A program made the position numbers and the translations under genes. Shown in pieces: positions 25,701 through 39,900 of a stretch of 51,955 nt of DNA (position 1 is the first letter of the stretch; every line of letters begins with the position of its first letter). Source of the stretch: Seison nebaliae (Eukaryota). The DNA lies in assembly GCA_023231475.1 (NCBI GenBank), contig JALJEE010001165.1, forward strand, positions 1 to 51,955, read 5' to 3'. The notes beneath the pieces are model-generated. The model did not search any database. It was not told the origin of the DNA and was given only the letters and a program-made list of their open reading frames with translations.

Positions 25701-28621
25701 ATGAGAATAAAAGAGAATATGATAACGAGGAATCATATTGTTGTCGAGATTGGATGAAATATTTGGACGTGTTATTATATCGAGATTATCTCTCACAAGT
25801 TGAACGACAGAATGGAAATAATGTGAAATTTAATGAAGAGAAGAATGAGAAGAATTTTATTAATGAATTTGAACGAGAATCCATCGAATATATTCAAACA
25901 TCATCATTACAGAATGTTATCGATCAACAATCATCAGTGAATGAAAAAGATAAAAAATATTGTAGGAAATGTTTCTGGAATCGATTTAATCATTTATGTG
26001 GAAAATTGAAATATATGTTGACATATAACCAATGTATTTATTGTTCGGAATGTGATGGAGATAAATCGATTCTTGTTCAATTGAATGAAAATGAAGAAAT
26101 GGCCGAAACTTTCCTCGTTTTTGCTATTCAGATATTTGTTGGTGTTCCATTTAATAATGAATTATCACAACTTTATTATCAACGAGAGAATTTACATCCA
26201 TATAATATTTTCATTACATTTCATGATCATCAACCATTTAAATTTAATTCACATAAATTATTCCAATTATTGAAATTTGGAAACGGAATAAATTGGAGGG
26301 AATTATTCTCTATTCACAATTGGTTGTTTCCTTTATGTTCATGTCGAATTAGTCGTTGTATGAATCATTTCCATTTTCAATGTCTCGCAGTCAATGGATC
26401 GATAAGCGAATTCCACAAATGGCCACAACGTGTCACTCATTTATGTGATTTTCATACAACATATTTCATGGAAACTGCATTTCTTTCCAAAGAAATTATG
26501 AGAAGAATTCCATCGTTAAATATCGGAAATGATGATATCACTGTTCAATTGCTGGAGAAGAATTTCAATCAATCGTTACAATTGAAGAGACATGAACGAA
26601 GTCTTTTCCTCAAAGATTCCTTCAATCATCTCCTTCAATTATTCATCAATAGTCGACAGTTTGAAGATCAGAGCAAACCATTAATTCTTTTACATTCCAA
26701 TCAATCATTTCATATGAACTTTAATGAATTTTTAATTAATCATCAAAATCGATTAATATCAATAGAAGGATCGTCGTTGAAAGAGAAGAAGATTGAAGGA
26801 ACAATTCAAAATAATCACGATTGGATTCTCATTGATGATTTGGATAATATGGAGAAATTACCTGAATTGGTTATTGGAAATCGAATATATGACGATAATT
26901 TGACAATTATAGGAAGGAAACGTCTAGAACAAGAAAGAGAATCAATAATCGATACGAGATTGATGTATAATTCCAAATTCAAATTGAAGAAATTTTTCTT
27001 GAAAGACAAATTGAATAAGAATAATTTCGTCCAATATTCAAAAAATGAGTCAGTTCAGTTTTATGGAAAGAACATTATGGAACTCTTCTTATCAAAGAGA
27101 CGAGATTTGGAGAAAGTGAAATTCGATGAAAAATTTACAGGAAGAATTATCGATTTTAGTCTGTTAGTTAATTGTGTTATCGAATTGGGAAACGGAACAT
27201 ATTCATCCAATTTATCAGTTGATAATATTCATTCAATTAATCGTCGATGTCTTTTAGATAATGGAGAGGAAGCAATTTCATTCAATATTCGGAGAAATAA
27301 ACAAATAATAGAAGAATTGAATCGAAAAGAAAATTCAGAATATTTCAATTTAAATAATTATCAAACAATTATCGAAATTGAAGGTCAAAATGAATTTGTG
27401 GATCGTTTGAGGGGAATGAGAGAATTATTCCATGAGAAATATTCGAATAATCTTCGAAGATTCATTCCGAAGAAAAATGATCATATCCAAATCAGATGTG
27501 AAGATAATTATTTGGACGGACAATTCCTTCATCTGACCTTCTCACCCGTTGCATTAATTGAAACGAAAACATGTGAAGAATTTATGGTTGTCAAATGTTT
27601 TGAATTGGAGAAATCGGTTGAAAATATATATGTTGAAATAGACTTAGTGAAAGATGATTCTATGTCGGAAATTATTCAAATTGACAGTTCTTCTTCCGAG
27701 ACGGAAAAGTTATGTGAAGATGAGAAGTTTATGGAAAGTTTCGTTAAAGAGAAACAGAATAAATTGAAATTGATGCAATCAGAAAAGAAGAGGAATAAAT
27801 TGTTCAGAAAATCGTCAAAAATGGTTCAAAAAAATGATAATTTCTTTTCTTCTTCGGGGGAGGAGGAGGAGGAGGAAAAAAAGAAGGGGGAAACTTTTAT
27901 CAATAAGAAAAGACCACCGAGAAAAGTGGATTTGGTGGACAATTGGAATGGATATGTTCAATTATCAGAAAATCGACAACATGAGTTGAAGAATAAACCT
28001 AATATCGAATTAGTGAAAGTTGGACGAATGACGAATGACAATATGGATGAACATGATAAGAAGATTCGAGATCTTCCCACCGTTCCTTTGAGAAGGAGAA
28101 AAGATGAGCAAAATTTCATCAAATCAATCTCATCAGTTGTCGATGATAATTCTTCATTAATCCAACGGACGAATGAATTAAAGAAATCGATTTCTGATGT
28201 CAATTCAATGTCATATAATCACAAGAAAACGGAAGGTCCACTACGATTCATAAGAGATATTTATACTGGTGAACAAATTTTAAAAAGTGAAGATGATCGT
28301 AAGAATGATACTAAATCTATTATGAATTCGTTAAAAGTGACGAGTGAAATTATTCAATCTAATGAATCGTTCATTGAACCGAATCGAAGTCGGAAAAAGG
28401 AAAATGAACAAACATTCACAGAAGTGGATCGATTAAAAAGAAGAAGAATGGATGACAGATTGACAGAGAGAACTTGTAAATTTGAGAATAATATGAATTA
28501 TGGGAAAGAAATGGTACATCAAGAAAGAAGTATCGGTCAATTTAGTGACTTAGATGATGACGGATTGAGTGACTCGACAGATAAGATTGATGGAAATTCG
28601 TCTTATCCGAGTAACGTCACA

Positions 28622-28657
<36 letters not shown>

Positions 28658-29596
28658 TGGAATAATCAGAATAATGTAAATGATTGGAATTGGAGAGGAA
28701 TTAACGATATAAAACCATTGATAAATCGGAACGAACATAATTATATTCATGATGTAACGTTATCTTCAAATGAATCACATTCTGCATTTGGATCTTCTTA
28801 TGACACTCAACGAACTGAAACGAACTGTGTATCGAATTTCGAATTGAATCCCATGATCGATTCTCACAATATGAATTTATATCGAAATTCTTCATCAGCT
28901 AATAATAATTTGAAAAGGATATTATATTCCACTGGAGAACCGATAAGGAAACCAATTTCTCTCTTATCGTCACCTCCATGTCGTATGGAGCAGAATAGAG
29001 AAAGAATGGAACCATTAATTAAACAACATCCGATGGATAAAGGTTATCCAAATTATATGTATCATCAAAATAATCAATCAATCACCGATATATCAACATC
29101 TTCTTTCATGAAAGTGCCTAACAATCCAAATAACTTTCAAAATGAATCTCCATATAACATACATAATAGTCCGCCCATATATCCAACAAATCCATCGCCA
29201 TATTTATTAAGAACAAAAAATCAAAATCTGATGAATAATGTAACTAATATCCCGAGATTGTGGCATTCGGAAAACAAGAATTTTCATAATTTCCAGCAAA
29301 ATCATCAAGTGATGGGGGATGATAATTATTCTCCTAATCGAAGTTTTCCCAATTCCCAACATAATGACAACATAACAAATTACCATTCTTTCACACAACA
29401 CAATTGGCAACAAAATCCACAAAATTATCAACAACAATTTCCGTCTCTCCAATCTCAACAAATAAACAAGAATAAGAGACAGAATATTTATCGGAAGAAT
29501 AAACGGAAACATAATAAACAAAATAATTTCAATCCATTTTACAAAGACAGCCAAAACCAAAATCAAAGACAGAACAATCCTTATAAACGGTTTTAA
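22727..29596 (+). CDS. KDM4: JmjN/JmjC histone lysine demethylase of the KDM4/JMJD2 family with PHD and Tudor remnants; single exon, ~2,289 aa
   Basis: JmjN PIFRPTIQEFKNFQKYI..GLCKIIPP. JmjC [40 protein letters not shown] and YHAGFNHGFNCAESTNFA, with the H-x-E...H iron ligands intact. Cys/His PHD clusters and Tudor-like GTYSSNL..NI follow. The first in-frame ATG is at 22727 (the track ORF starts at a TTG). Confidence 0.95.
28622..28658 (+). repeat. (AAT)n microsatellite encoding poly-Asn in KDM4
   Basis: About 12 AAT units in frame. Confidence 0.9.
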
Positions 29597-29946
29597 ATCG
29601 ACATTGGCACATAATTCAACTCTCTACTTTATTCTCACTTTTACAAATTTTTTATTATCTTTTAATCACTTTTATAAATTTCATTCATATTTGAACTATT
29701 TTATATGTTTTCACTCATTTTCTTTTCTCATTTCTTGTTCGGTGATTTTGCGATTTATGGGGAAATTTTATTATAATAAAATTTTTATCTCATTTTCTTT
29801 TGATTGACTTTATTAAAGATATATAAAATAAGTTCGAACGAATAATAAGAGAATGAACAATAAATTTGAATAATATGAAAAGAAATTGGAAAAACGAAAA
29901 TAAATTGCTGGGAGAATTCCAGAAATTTGTTATGTCACGAAATTTT

Positions 29947-31235
29947 CTATATAAAAATGTTTCTACTTCCGTCAGGATTATGATGATGATTATTATTACT
30001 ATTGTTATGATTCAATAATGGAGCATTGGCACCGCCATTGTTCACTCCATTGTAGGCACCGTAAATGGCATATTTCTGAGAATAATTCTTCAAATCATTT
30101 CGATTCATCAGATGTTTGTCATCATTCGAATCTTCCATTTCATTATCGTTATTTGAATGATCATAAAATTTATTCTTCGCAAAATTGCTGGTCTTCTTTT
30201 CTTTCGAATTATTATTCTTCTTCAATTTCTTCGTGACAAATAAGACAAGTAGAACGATGACACCAATAATCATCAATGCTCCAACGCACAACAGAGCAAT
30301 GATAGTCGGTTTCTTCAGGAAAGGAATAAGAAATTTAAAAGAAAAAAATTCATCTTTTGTTGGAATTTGATGACGTAATAAATCATTTTCATCCATCATT
30401 TTATTTGCAGGATAAGTTGGATTTGATGTGGTTGGTGTAATGGATGAACTAGTAGTTATGTCTAGCGATGAAATCGAATTATCTTCATCCTTCACATTTT
30501 GGTACTCATCATCATCATCATCTGCCTCTTCCTTCTTCCTATTTGCATATTCTATTTTGAGTAGAAAAAAGGAAAAAGATTTGTAAAGAAAACAAAAGAA
30601 AGTTTATCGAATTCAGTTTGATTAGATAAAAGATGAAAACCGTTCTGAAATAAGAAGTAAGATAATTTATTCGTTGAATAAACACTCGAGGTTGTTGTGG
30701 TAGTGGTTGATGAGATAGTGGTAGAAGGTGGTAGAATTCGTTCATGCTTTATCGGATTGGTCATAATTGGTTTAATTGTATATTGTTGATTAACAATCGT
30801 ATTTCGTATTCTATTTGGGGGAGTTGTATACAATGGCTTATTGGGTAACATCTGATATGAAGGAGTTAAATCATCATATGAAGGAAATTTCTGGTTGGTA
30901 TTTGAAAAATTTTGTGATGGATTCTCTCCCGAAACATATGAAGGAAATTTTTCTATTCCACTTCCATATGCATCCTTCACATTATATTGGTAATTGTCAC
31001 CATTAAAAGAATTATATCCATAGTCTCCATATTCTGCATAATCTTCATAATCTAAAAATTCGATGAAATAAAATTATTGGCGGCAGACGGTTGGTGAACC
31101 TGCATTCGAATAGATTTGTTTGAAATCTTTCATCGAATGATCTTTTGGATTATTTGAGTATTGATTCGGTGCAGCTTTCGTGCACTCTTCATACAATATG
31201 AGAAGGAGAACGATAAATAATAATTTGATTCTCAT
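29947..31235 (-). CDS. Type I membrane mucin-like protein with a Tyr/Asp-rich N-terminus, 3 exons
   Basis: Signal MRIKLLFIVLLLILYEECTKA. Exon 2 begins DYEDYAEYGDYGY and continues into a P/T/S-rich stalk. Exon 3 carries TM IIALLCVGALMIIGVIVLLVLFV and an Asn-rich tail. Two phase-1 GTT..TAG introns. Confidence 0.75.
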
Positions 31236-33697
31236 TCTCACCAATTTCTTTATAATAATGACAATATTTGGTTTCTCAAACGTTCTCGAATAATAAATTA
31301 AGTTTCATAAGAATTCTTATGTGAATATCTTACTAATAAGGAAACCTGCACATCTGATAATGAATAGGAAAGAAGTGATGTAAAAATGAAGATATTTAAT
31401 AAGTTCAATGAGATATCATACATTATGGAAATAGTATCAGGAAACACTTACGTAATATAAATAAAGTGAGAAAGTACGAGACATTTCAGTCAGCAAAACA
31501 CAAACGTTTCTTCTCATTCAACAATTTCTTTTTGAAATTGAATGATTCCTAGATGAAAATTGTCTTTATGACTTCCTTATGATAATAATTTTTGCTGATT
31601 TAATGAACGTTTAGTGACATCTCCCAAATATGTCGCAGTTTGGTTTTGATGGTTGAAAGAATGAGAAATAAGAATTCTACCATTTTATGAGATATGGTTG
31701 ACGACGACGTTCACAAGTACGTGGGAGAACCTCTTACTAGTTCGTCGTGAAAAGAAGAAGTGGAAAGAAGTGGAAAGAAGTTCAACAACTAATCTCTATG
31801 TTTTCCGATCGGCGATTATTCAAATCAAAATATTTTACATTCATCTTCACAATTAATTCAAGTGAACGATGTTGATGAATAATTTTACATATTCCAAATG
31901 ACTGTCGATTTAGAAAGAATCGATGTTGAACTTTAGATGAGTTGATGAGAATGAAGATTCATTTCTTCACTAATTTCATTAGGAGAAAGAATTTATTAAA
32001 AGAAATTATTCATACACTTCTTCAACGTTCTCTAGTCTCTCGACGAAACTAAAAGACGAAACAAGAAGAGTTCGATAATCTAAACAACATTTAAATGAAC
32101 TTTGTAATCGATTAGAATCTAAATAATAAAAAAAAAGATTCATATTTCCATTCGACATCTTCCATAAGCAGAATATCTGTACGTATGTGATCGATTGGCT
32201 GACTGATTGATTGTTCATTTATTTCATCACATTCTGTCCAGAACAACAACAACAATAAAGAATGGCGTTAAGAATGGAAGTGTCTATTATAATTTTATAT
32301 TGATTCCCCTAAAATAAAATGAGTTTCAAATAAAATTAGCCATTAACTTACATTGTTCACTCACGATTGTTATTAATGTTATTCTTAGTTAGTGGTAGAA
32401 TAATAGAAAATAAATTTCTTCAGAAGAACACCAAGGAGTAGACCTATTGATATTTCGGTTTTCCCTTCTTGAACATCGAACAGTTAATCGAAGAGAAAAG
32501 AAGGAAAATTATTGAAATTGACGAATTTCTAATGGAATATAAAATGGAAAGTAAATTTCTGTAAATATTTGTTATAGAATCTCTGTCGATTTGGATGAAG
32601 AATACTAATTATCACAAATTTGTGCCAATCGTCTAAAATCGAGATTAATTCTTCCCTATCGTACCACAATTTTCCTTCTAATTTCCACAACTAACGGAAA
32701 ACGAATACATTAACATTGGGAGGGATATGTGAAAGAGAATTTTCGTCAACATTTCCAAGTACAAATTTTTGGTTACCACCAAACGAGAATGGTGCTGTTG
32801 TACGTTTCTCATATAAAAATGGTAATTACTTTAGCTATATCCTTCATTTGATTCAGATTAAATTGCTATAAGCTACGCTAAGACTACGACGACCAATTGT
32901 TCTTTACTTTTACACTCCCTAATGAAATTTAGACACGAATACAGAAGAGACGGATTACAATTCCAATGACAGCTATAATAAACAAAGTGAATCAATGGAA
33001 ATGTTCCATTTCAATTAGCAGAAATCCGTTTTTTTCCTGCTTCTCCTCCAAGTGACTTCTCCAAGTCAATGTCATCGAAATAGTTCGTCGAATTGAAAGA
33101 AAATATTTTCGTCGTTCAAAAAAAAGATCGGTTTTTTATTGCAGTTACGTCATTGACTTGTTGACAATTCGGGCAGGAAACGGAATATTCTTGACACCTA
33201 ATAGAGAAATCTTATGATTGTAGTTTATATCAAATTATTGTACATTAGCAGGAAAGAAATGGATGAACGGAATTGAATGAAAAAAAAATCGGTTTTCATA
33301 CGGAAATTTTTGATGGATAAATAATTTGACATTTCTTCAACTTCATCGAACGAAAGAAAGAAATGAGTAAATGAAATTTGTGTAATTAAAAGATTTTGAT
33401 GAATTAATACTATTGGAATAATGATAGAAACATTAATGACCGTAAATGTAACGACAAAACAAATCAGACATAAAAAAGGAAAATTTATGGTATTAAAATT
33501 ATATGAAGTGGTTAGCTAGCTACCAGTTGCAAGTTGATAATGGTAAGACTTTCATTCATTCATGTTAACATTTCTTTTGTATCACACTATTATCAAATAT
33601 CATCGATATTCTCTGATTAATATACAATGTCTTTTCTATTATTTCTCCTTTTATTTATCGAATAAACAGCTGCATCCTTATCATTCGGGAGAGCAAA

Positions 33698-33714
33698 GAG
33701 AGAGAGAGAGAGAG
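33698..33714. repeat. (AG)n microsatellite
   Basis: Read directly. Confidence 0.85.
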
Positions 33715-35028
33715 AACACAAACCAATCTTTCTTTGGTACATGTTAATCTGTTCGTCTCTATCCTTAATAATATTCTTCGATTTCTTTCGATAAAATATA
33801 ATCGATTGACCGTTGGACAGAGGTCGTTTTCGGTTAAGTTGATAATTTCTTGGAAATGGAGGTAGATTGGAGAGAAGGTAAAGGGAAAGAGTGGATATGC
33901 TTCGTGGTGAGCAGAAAGGAACATCGAATAGTTAACAATGGAAGTTCATCGAAGTTAGATAGAGATGAAGAAATAAATGGATAAATGAAATGTCTTTCTA
34001 ATGGAAAAGTGTGTCGAAAGGAACGATTTCTTGAACGACAAATAGATTTCTTTTTCTACTACGATTGCCTGCGATATATATATCGATTTGGCTAACTCTA
34101 CCTATTAGTGACGGAAAGGCGATCGCATTAATATACAACTGAGTTTGCGGTTAAGAGCAGTGTGAGAATGTGATGAAAATTGTATGGAAAGGCCAACTCA
34201 TCATTCATGCTTAGTTTATTTTTATGTATATGAGCATGAACAATTTGAAGAGCGGAAACTGAAAATATCACATCTGCATAATTGAATAGACAGAAGAAGA
34301 ACAGCAGACGACCATTCTGCCACCAAGAGGGAGTGATTAATAATATTTCTTCTTTATTTGACAAATATTCAAATTTATTTTATTCTTTCCCCTCCCCACA
34401 AATAAATATACCGAACATTTACTATCAAAAGAAAAGAATTTATGTTTTACGGTTTATTGACAGGAAACATAGACTATGTTTGAAAAGGAAGAAATTTCTT
34501 TTAAACACTGACAACTCACTTAGACATTCATTCATCCATACAATTTCTAATTCACCTAAAGGCGATTGTGAGGTGAATAAAATAACTTCCGATTGATATT
34601 AGTTTCTCCCACAATTATCCAGTTTAAGAAGATTTATTTGGTCGATTGAGGAACCATCAATATGATAATCAACTTCTTTACAAATATCAGCTCTTTATTC
34701 CGTCTAACGTAAGAAATTCTTTTAGTAAAAATCCAAAGATTAAAATTCTCTTTTTCTTTTTCTCCATGTTCCATTTCCCGTTAATCTAATTACCATAAAT
34801 GGATTCGTCTGATGGAGGGCGAAGTTTGAGAACGATGAGGAACATATAAAAATAGTTTTGTATTAAGATAACGAATAAAAATTGATAAATGAAAGTAATA
34901 TTGATATTGGAAAATCTATGAAATTGCTTTTTCGCAAAATTTCTCAGAATTTTAACAAATTATGTGTGAAGTTGGGTATGACATTGGTGAAACATAGTAA
35001 GTACATGAGATGAAATTGGAAAACGGTT

Positions 35029-35886
35029 TTAAGAATTCATGCAAAACATTCTGCTGTCATTATCGATCAACGGATCCAGTCCGTCATTCAAATTCGATGG
35101 TAATTTACCTTTCGGTGTAACATATTCTACATTCGGTAACTTTTCGGTGTTATTATCATTATTTGTTGTCCTCTCCTTGCACCGGTGAATAACGAGGAAA
35201 GAAATTATTCCAAAGAATAACAAGACGATTCCCATAACGCCGCCAATGATCATATAAAATGTTGTTGGACTCATGGTTTGGTTCGTGGAATTGGGAATTT
35301 GATTAAAATCGTTTTGTGAAGTAGAAAAGTTTTTATTTGGATACGTTCCATTAGTTGAGGTATTTGAATTGTTCTCTGAAGTTGGTTTCGTGGTTGTCAA
35401 TATTGAAAGTGAATCATCTACATAATAAATTAAGTCAATTAATTTAATGGAATAATATCACGTTTTTGTTTCTTCCGACATGATGAAAAGTAAGTAGTGG
35501 ATTTAAGGAAGAAATCGATCGATTAAATCATTCTTTCAATCGAAACGATGGTTGATTTAATTAAAAAGTTCCATTTGACGTAAAGGTAATAATAATAAAG
35601 TATATAATAACTTGAAACTGGTTGAATTTTATTATTATCAGGCAAACGTGTTCCATTGATATCAGTGTATGTCAGGTAAATATCAGGAATATAATATTCG
35701 AAGTCATCCATCGGTTCGTAATATAACGTATAATCGTTGTAGTCTGTATTGATCGTTGAAATTAGTTAGTGAAATGGAAATAGAGAAAGAATAATTGTAA
35801 CTTGAATTTTTACCCGCAATTACGGTAATTGAACAAATGACTATTATGCAACAAATTTTTAAATAATTCGATGTGAAAAAAAACAT
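35029..35886 (-). CDS. Type I membrane mucin-like protein with a Tyr/Asp-rich N-terminus, 3 exons
   Basis: Signal MFFFTSNYLKICCIIVICSITVIA. Exon 2 begins DYNDYTLYYEPMDDFEYY. Exon 3 has a T/S/N stalk, TM FYMIIGGVMGIVLLFFGIISFLVI and a tail. Two phase-1 introns. Confidence 0.7.
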
Positions 35887-36916
35887 TTTAAAACTATTTC
35901 TGCCTTAAATCTGCAAAAAAAAAATTACATTGTTGCAAAAGAAATATTTTTAATTATCGACATCTTTTAAACATGTACTCGAACACCAATGACATGATTG
36001 TTCATAAGAACATGTAATATTTGGAGGAACTTGTGGGAAGGAAGAAACTTAAAAGTTCTACTAATTTGCTATGATTTGGATTGGAAGAAATATGCAAGTG
36101 TATTTATATAGATCAGAAATCGAACGGTTGAAAATGTGGGAAATGAATAAATAAGATAAATCGCAGTCTATCAATATCTCACAGGAAATCGAATAGGTTG
36201 TAAAGTGAGAAATATGGAACTAGAAGTTCCGTTTATAACACCCATCATCGTTATGTCGAGTTTTCGTCGTCGGTGATAAAAACAACGGGTTTTTGTTGAC
36301 ATTCGACATCATACTCCACGAAAGGAAAGAATATAAAATGTTGATTAGTTGATGCGTGAAAAAAAAGAAAAAAGTTCTTTTTATTTCTCACCCAAATTCT
36401 AATCTGATTGAATAACGATTATGCTTAAATTATAATGACAATATTCGACCCTACACATGAAAGGAGTTTACTTATAATTTTAAATCTTCTTCAAATCTAT
36501 ATAAGACGACAAAATTCTCTTGTGAAATTGTTCGCGTGTCCTCAATATGTATTCGACCGATTTTTATATAAATGAAACCATGAAACAATTGTCTATTATA
36601 CCTCGATGCAATTGTCATTCGATCAAATTAACGTTTCTTAATAACCGCAGAGATGGTTTATTGAGATATTGTTGCATTTCCATTGATTGGGACGAACATT
36701 GAAATTGAATCTTGAACTTACTAACTATTCTAAAATTTGAAGGATTTAATCATTCTTCAATTGGATTATCAATCATATGAATTGGATTGAGGTTTCTTTT
36801 TTTTTTTGCGATAATTCAATAGAAAGATTCAATGTGATGAAAAGAGGAGAAGGAGGAGATGTACAATTAATCATCAAAATATAATCAAAGAATGATATTT
36901 CATCTCACAGTTTTAT

Positions 36917-39900
36917 TCATCCGATATAAATATACCAATAGAGAAGATTGAGGAGAATGAAAGTGAGCGGAAAGGCGACTCGACTGAAACTGTCTAAACG
37001 ACTTAAACTATTTATTCCGGAAGCGTCAGCTTGTTTCGCCAATGATGCTTTGAATTCGGCATCTCCGAGTAAACAATGAAAGAGAGAAACGATTCGTCTT
37101 TTGAATCGTCGTTTTATTTCCTCGTTGAATACTTTACACCTGAATGGAATTGGTGCTGCTTCCACAAACGTTGGAGTATTTTTGGAGATGACGTAGATAT
37201 CAGTTTCAACACATCCACTTATCGATGAACGTCGACCATTTGATGGAAGGAATAATAACGGTCTTGATCGACGAACGTTAACTTGAGAATTCTCTTTCAT
37301 ATTCAACTTTTCCGATTGTTCTCTCAGGAATTTCTCTTTTGATGTCGTTAAGAAAATTTTTTGACGTTTACCTTCTCGATTATTGACGAAATTGTCATTT
37401 TCGAAATTTTTTCTTTCTTTTTCATTCTCATCATTAATTTCTTCGACTTCACGATGACGTTTATGTTGACAAAATTTAGTCGTTTGTTTCGTATTACTTA
37501 TGAGAAGCAGAGAATTTTGTAAGTTGAAAATTCGCTCGTAATTGTTAAGAATTCGATACGATTTCTCGGAAAGTGTCGGTCGTACACCTTTAGACAATAA
37601 CTTCTCAATCGTTTGCAGTGATGGTCTCTCAATGTCTGAAGTGAATGATGATGTTGATGATGACGATAGGATGGATGAAGGATAAGATGAACATTGATAT
37701 TCATTGTCAGTCATCAGATTCTTTTGTTTTCCTCGATGAACAGTCGAATTCTTATTATTGACGACACTCGAAAAAAAAGAGGACAAGATCCATTCGTTCG
37801 TTCGACGAAATTTTATTCTTTCAACTGACAATTTGTTTCTTGTGGTGGAGGAAGAAGATGAGGATGTAGATGATGAACATGAAGACCGTTTTGATGAAGT
37901 ACAGGAACATGAACACGATGATGAAGATGTATCAGAATAATAATTTGATTTATAATGATTATTTCGTATCATATCTGGATACATGTCTCCAAATCCAACC
38001 TATTCACAATTGGGAAGAAATGTTATTAATCATTTTCCATTCATCTAACCATTATCCTGCATTCACATTACAATTTAATATATTTTAATTATTCTAAACT
38101 AATTTATAACTAGTTCCTTAAATTTAATCTCTCAATATCTAAAGTCGCCGAAACTTATAAAGGGAAGTTGTCTGAAGAAAAGAAAACATTTAAAATGTTG
38201 ATAGATTTGTAGAAATGTTTGTAGTGAGAAAGAAGTCTGGTATGGTTCAGGTGAAATGTTTTCAATCGAACTATATAACCTTGGTATAATTATAATATGA
38301 AGGTTTCTTACTCTTTCAATATCATAAATCAATTATCATATGTTCCTCTCAATTATTCATTTCATTCACTTGATCAATGAAAGTGTATTTGTTTTACTCG
38401 AAAATCAATTTACTCATCCAATTTTCTGGATTGTGTTGAAGTAGAAAATTTGATCAATAGAAATTGAGTTACTTAATCATATCGTATAATAAGTTACGTA
38501 AGTTTGTATTATCGTTTAGAAAACATATGATATGTTCCATCTGATCTCTTAAAAAGAAATTAACATAATTCTGAAGGAAATATCTTTATCTTCCGTTTCC
38601 CTTACTTCGCATAATGTAAGAGATAAAGGAAAACAATGAAGAAGTTCGATTTAACATGAAGTACTACAGTAAAGGAAATATTCCGAATTTTCTTCACCTT
38701 CAAACAATATGGTTAGACTAAAGAAAATGATTTTTATACAATATAAATTACTCCATGTTTAGTTACAGAAAACGGATAAAATATTATTGGAAAATACGAA
38801 ATCTTTCAACGAACATTCTCTTACAATTTTGGTGGATTTATTCTAAGTCATCACGTAAGTGACAGTTGAGAAAAACTATTTTGAAGAATATTATTTGGAA
38901 GTTGAAGAAAATTCCTTACGCAGACATTAGTCTGTCTTCTCCACATGAAATACATATCATTATCAAAATTTGAAATATTCATTTTGATAAATAATTTAAT
39001 TTATTCAAAAATTCATTTAAGAACTACTTAAGAAAACTTCCGAATTTTTTTTTGAAATCGAATGGTTCGAACGATTGAAAAAATGGATTCTAAGACATTT
39101 GGTAAAGGAACCATTTGATAGACCGACCGTTTGGTAGACGGTCATTTGGTAGGCCGACCATTTGGTAGACTCCGTATATAAAATACAATTATGTATATCT
39201 TTTTGATATTTTCTTTTTTGATATTGTGACAAAATTGTGATTAGTGAAAAAAATCATTAATTCCGAAACAAAAAACCTTGTTGCTTTATACACAGTTCTT
39301 ATGTTACTAGTAGTAACTTACTACTCAAATACCACAAAATAATTATGAGCTTAAGGTGATACTCCCTGGGAAAATGAAAAAGTACATAAGTTTGTTTACA
39401 TCGTGAATCGCGATGAAGGTTTTGGGGGAAAACATTTCTAACCGAAATTTGAAAGAAAAATTTCCTTGTTCTCTAATTACGGTTTTCGTTTCAAGAAGTA
39501 TCAGAATTAATAGTTAAATTCTTTCCATTGAATGTGTTCAGTATCATTAGTCATCTGATAATCATAATCAACCATTCAAATCCTTATCCAACTGGATCCA
39601 TTCAAACAATACATTAGTCACTTTCCACGATTGGAGGCTTATGATGCATTAATGAATCAATTAACATATTTTCATATGCGTGATGTATAACTTTACCTCA
39701 TGCTCCTTCTAATTACCATGAAGAAAAGAACTGTTTGAACCGTATATGTTTTCCGTTAAAAAACCCGTTTTTTCTCAATTTATATACATTACATTCGTTT
39801 CATATACCAATTATATATTATCTCATTTGGATAAGGAAATAATGGAAATATAACAACAAATATTTGTACTTCGATTGGAATATTTTTCAAATTACATTTT

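Noticed and set aside
29947..31235. Syndecan identity for the mucin-like TM protein
   Set aside because: It lacks the syndecan cytoplasmic motifs (RMxKKDEGSY, C-terminal EFYA).
31300..35000. Possible genes or RNA genes in the long intergenic stretch
   Set aside because: I found no tRNA cloverleaf, snRNA motif or conserved peptide by eye. Small ncRNAs cannot be excluded without Infernal or tRNAscan.
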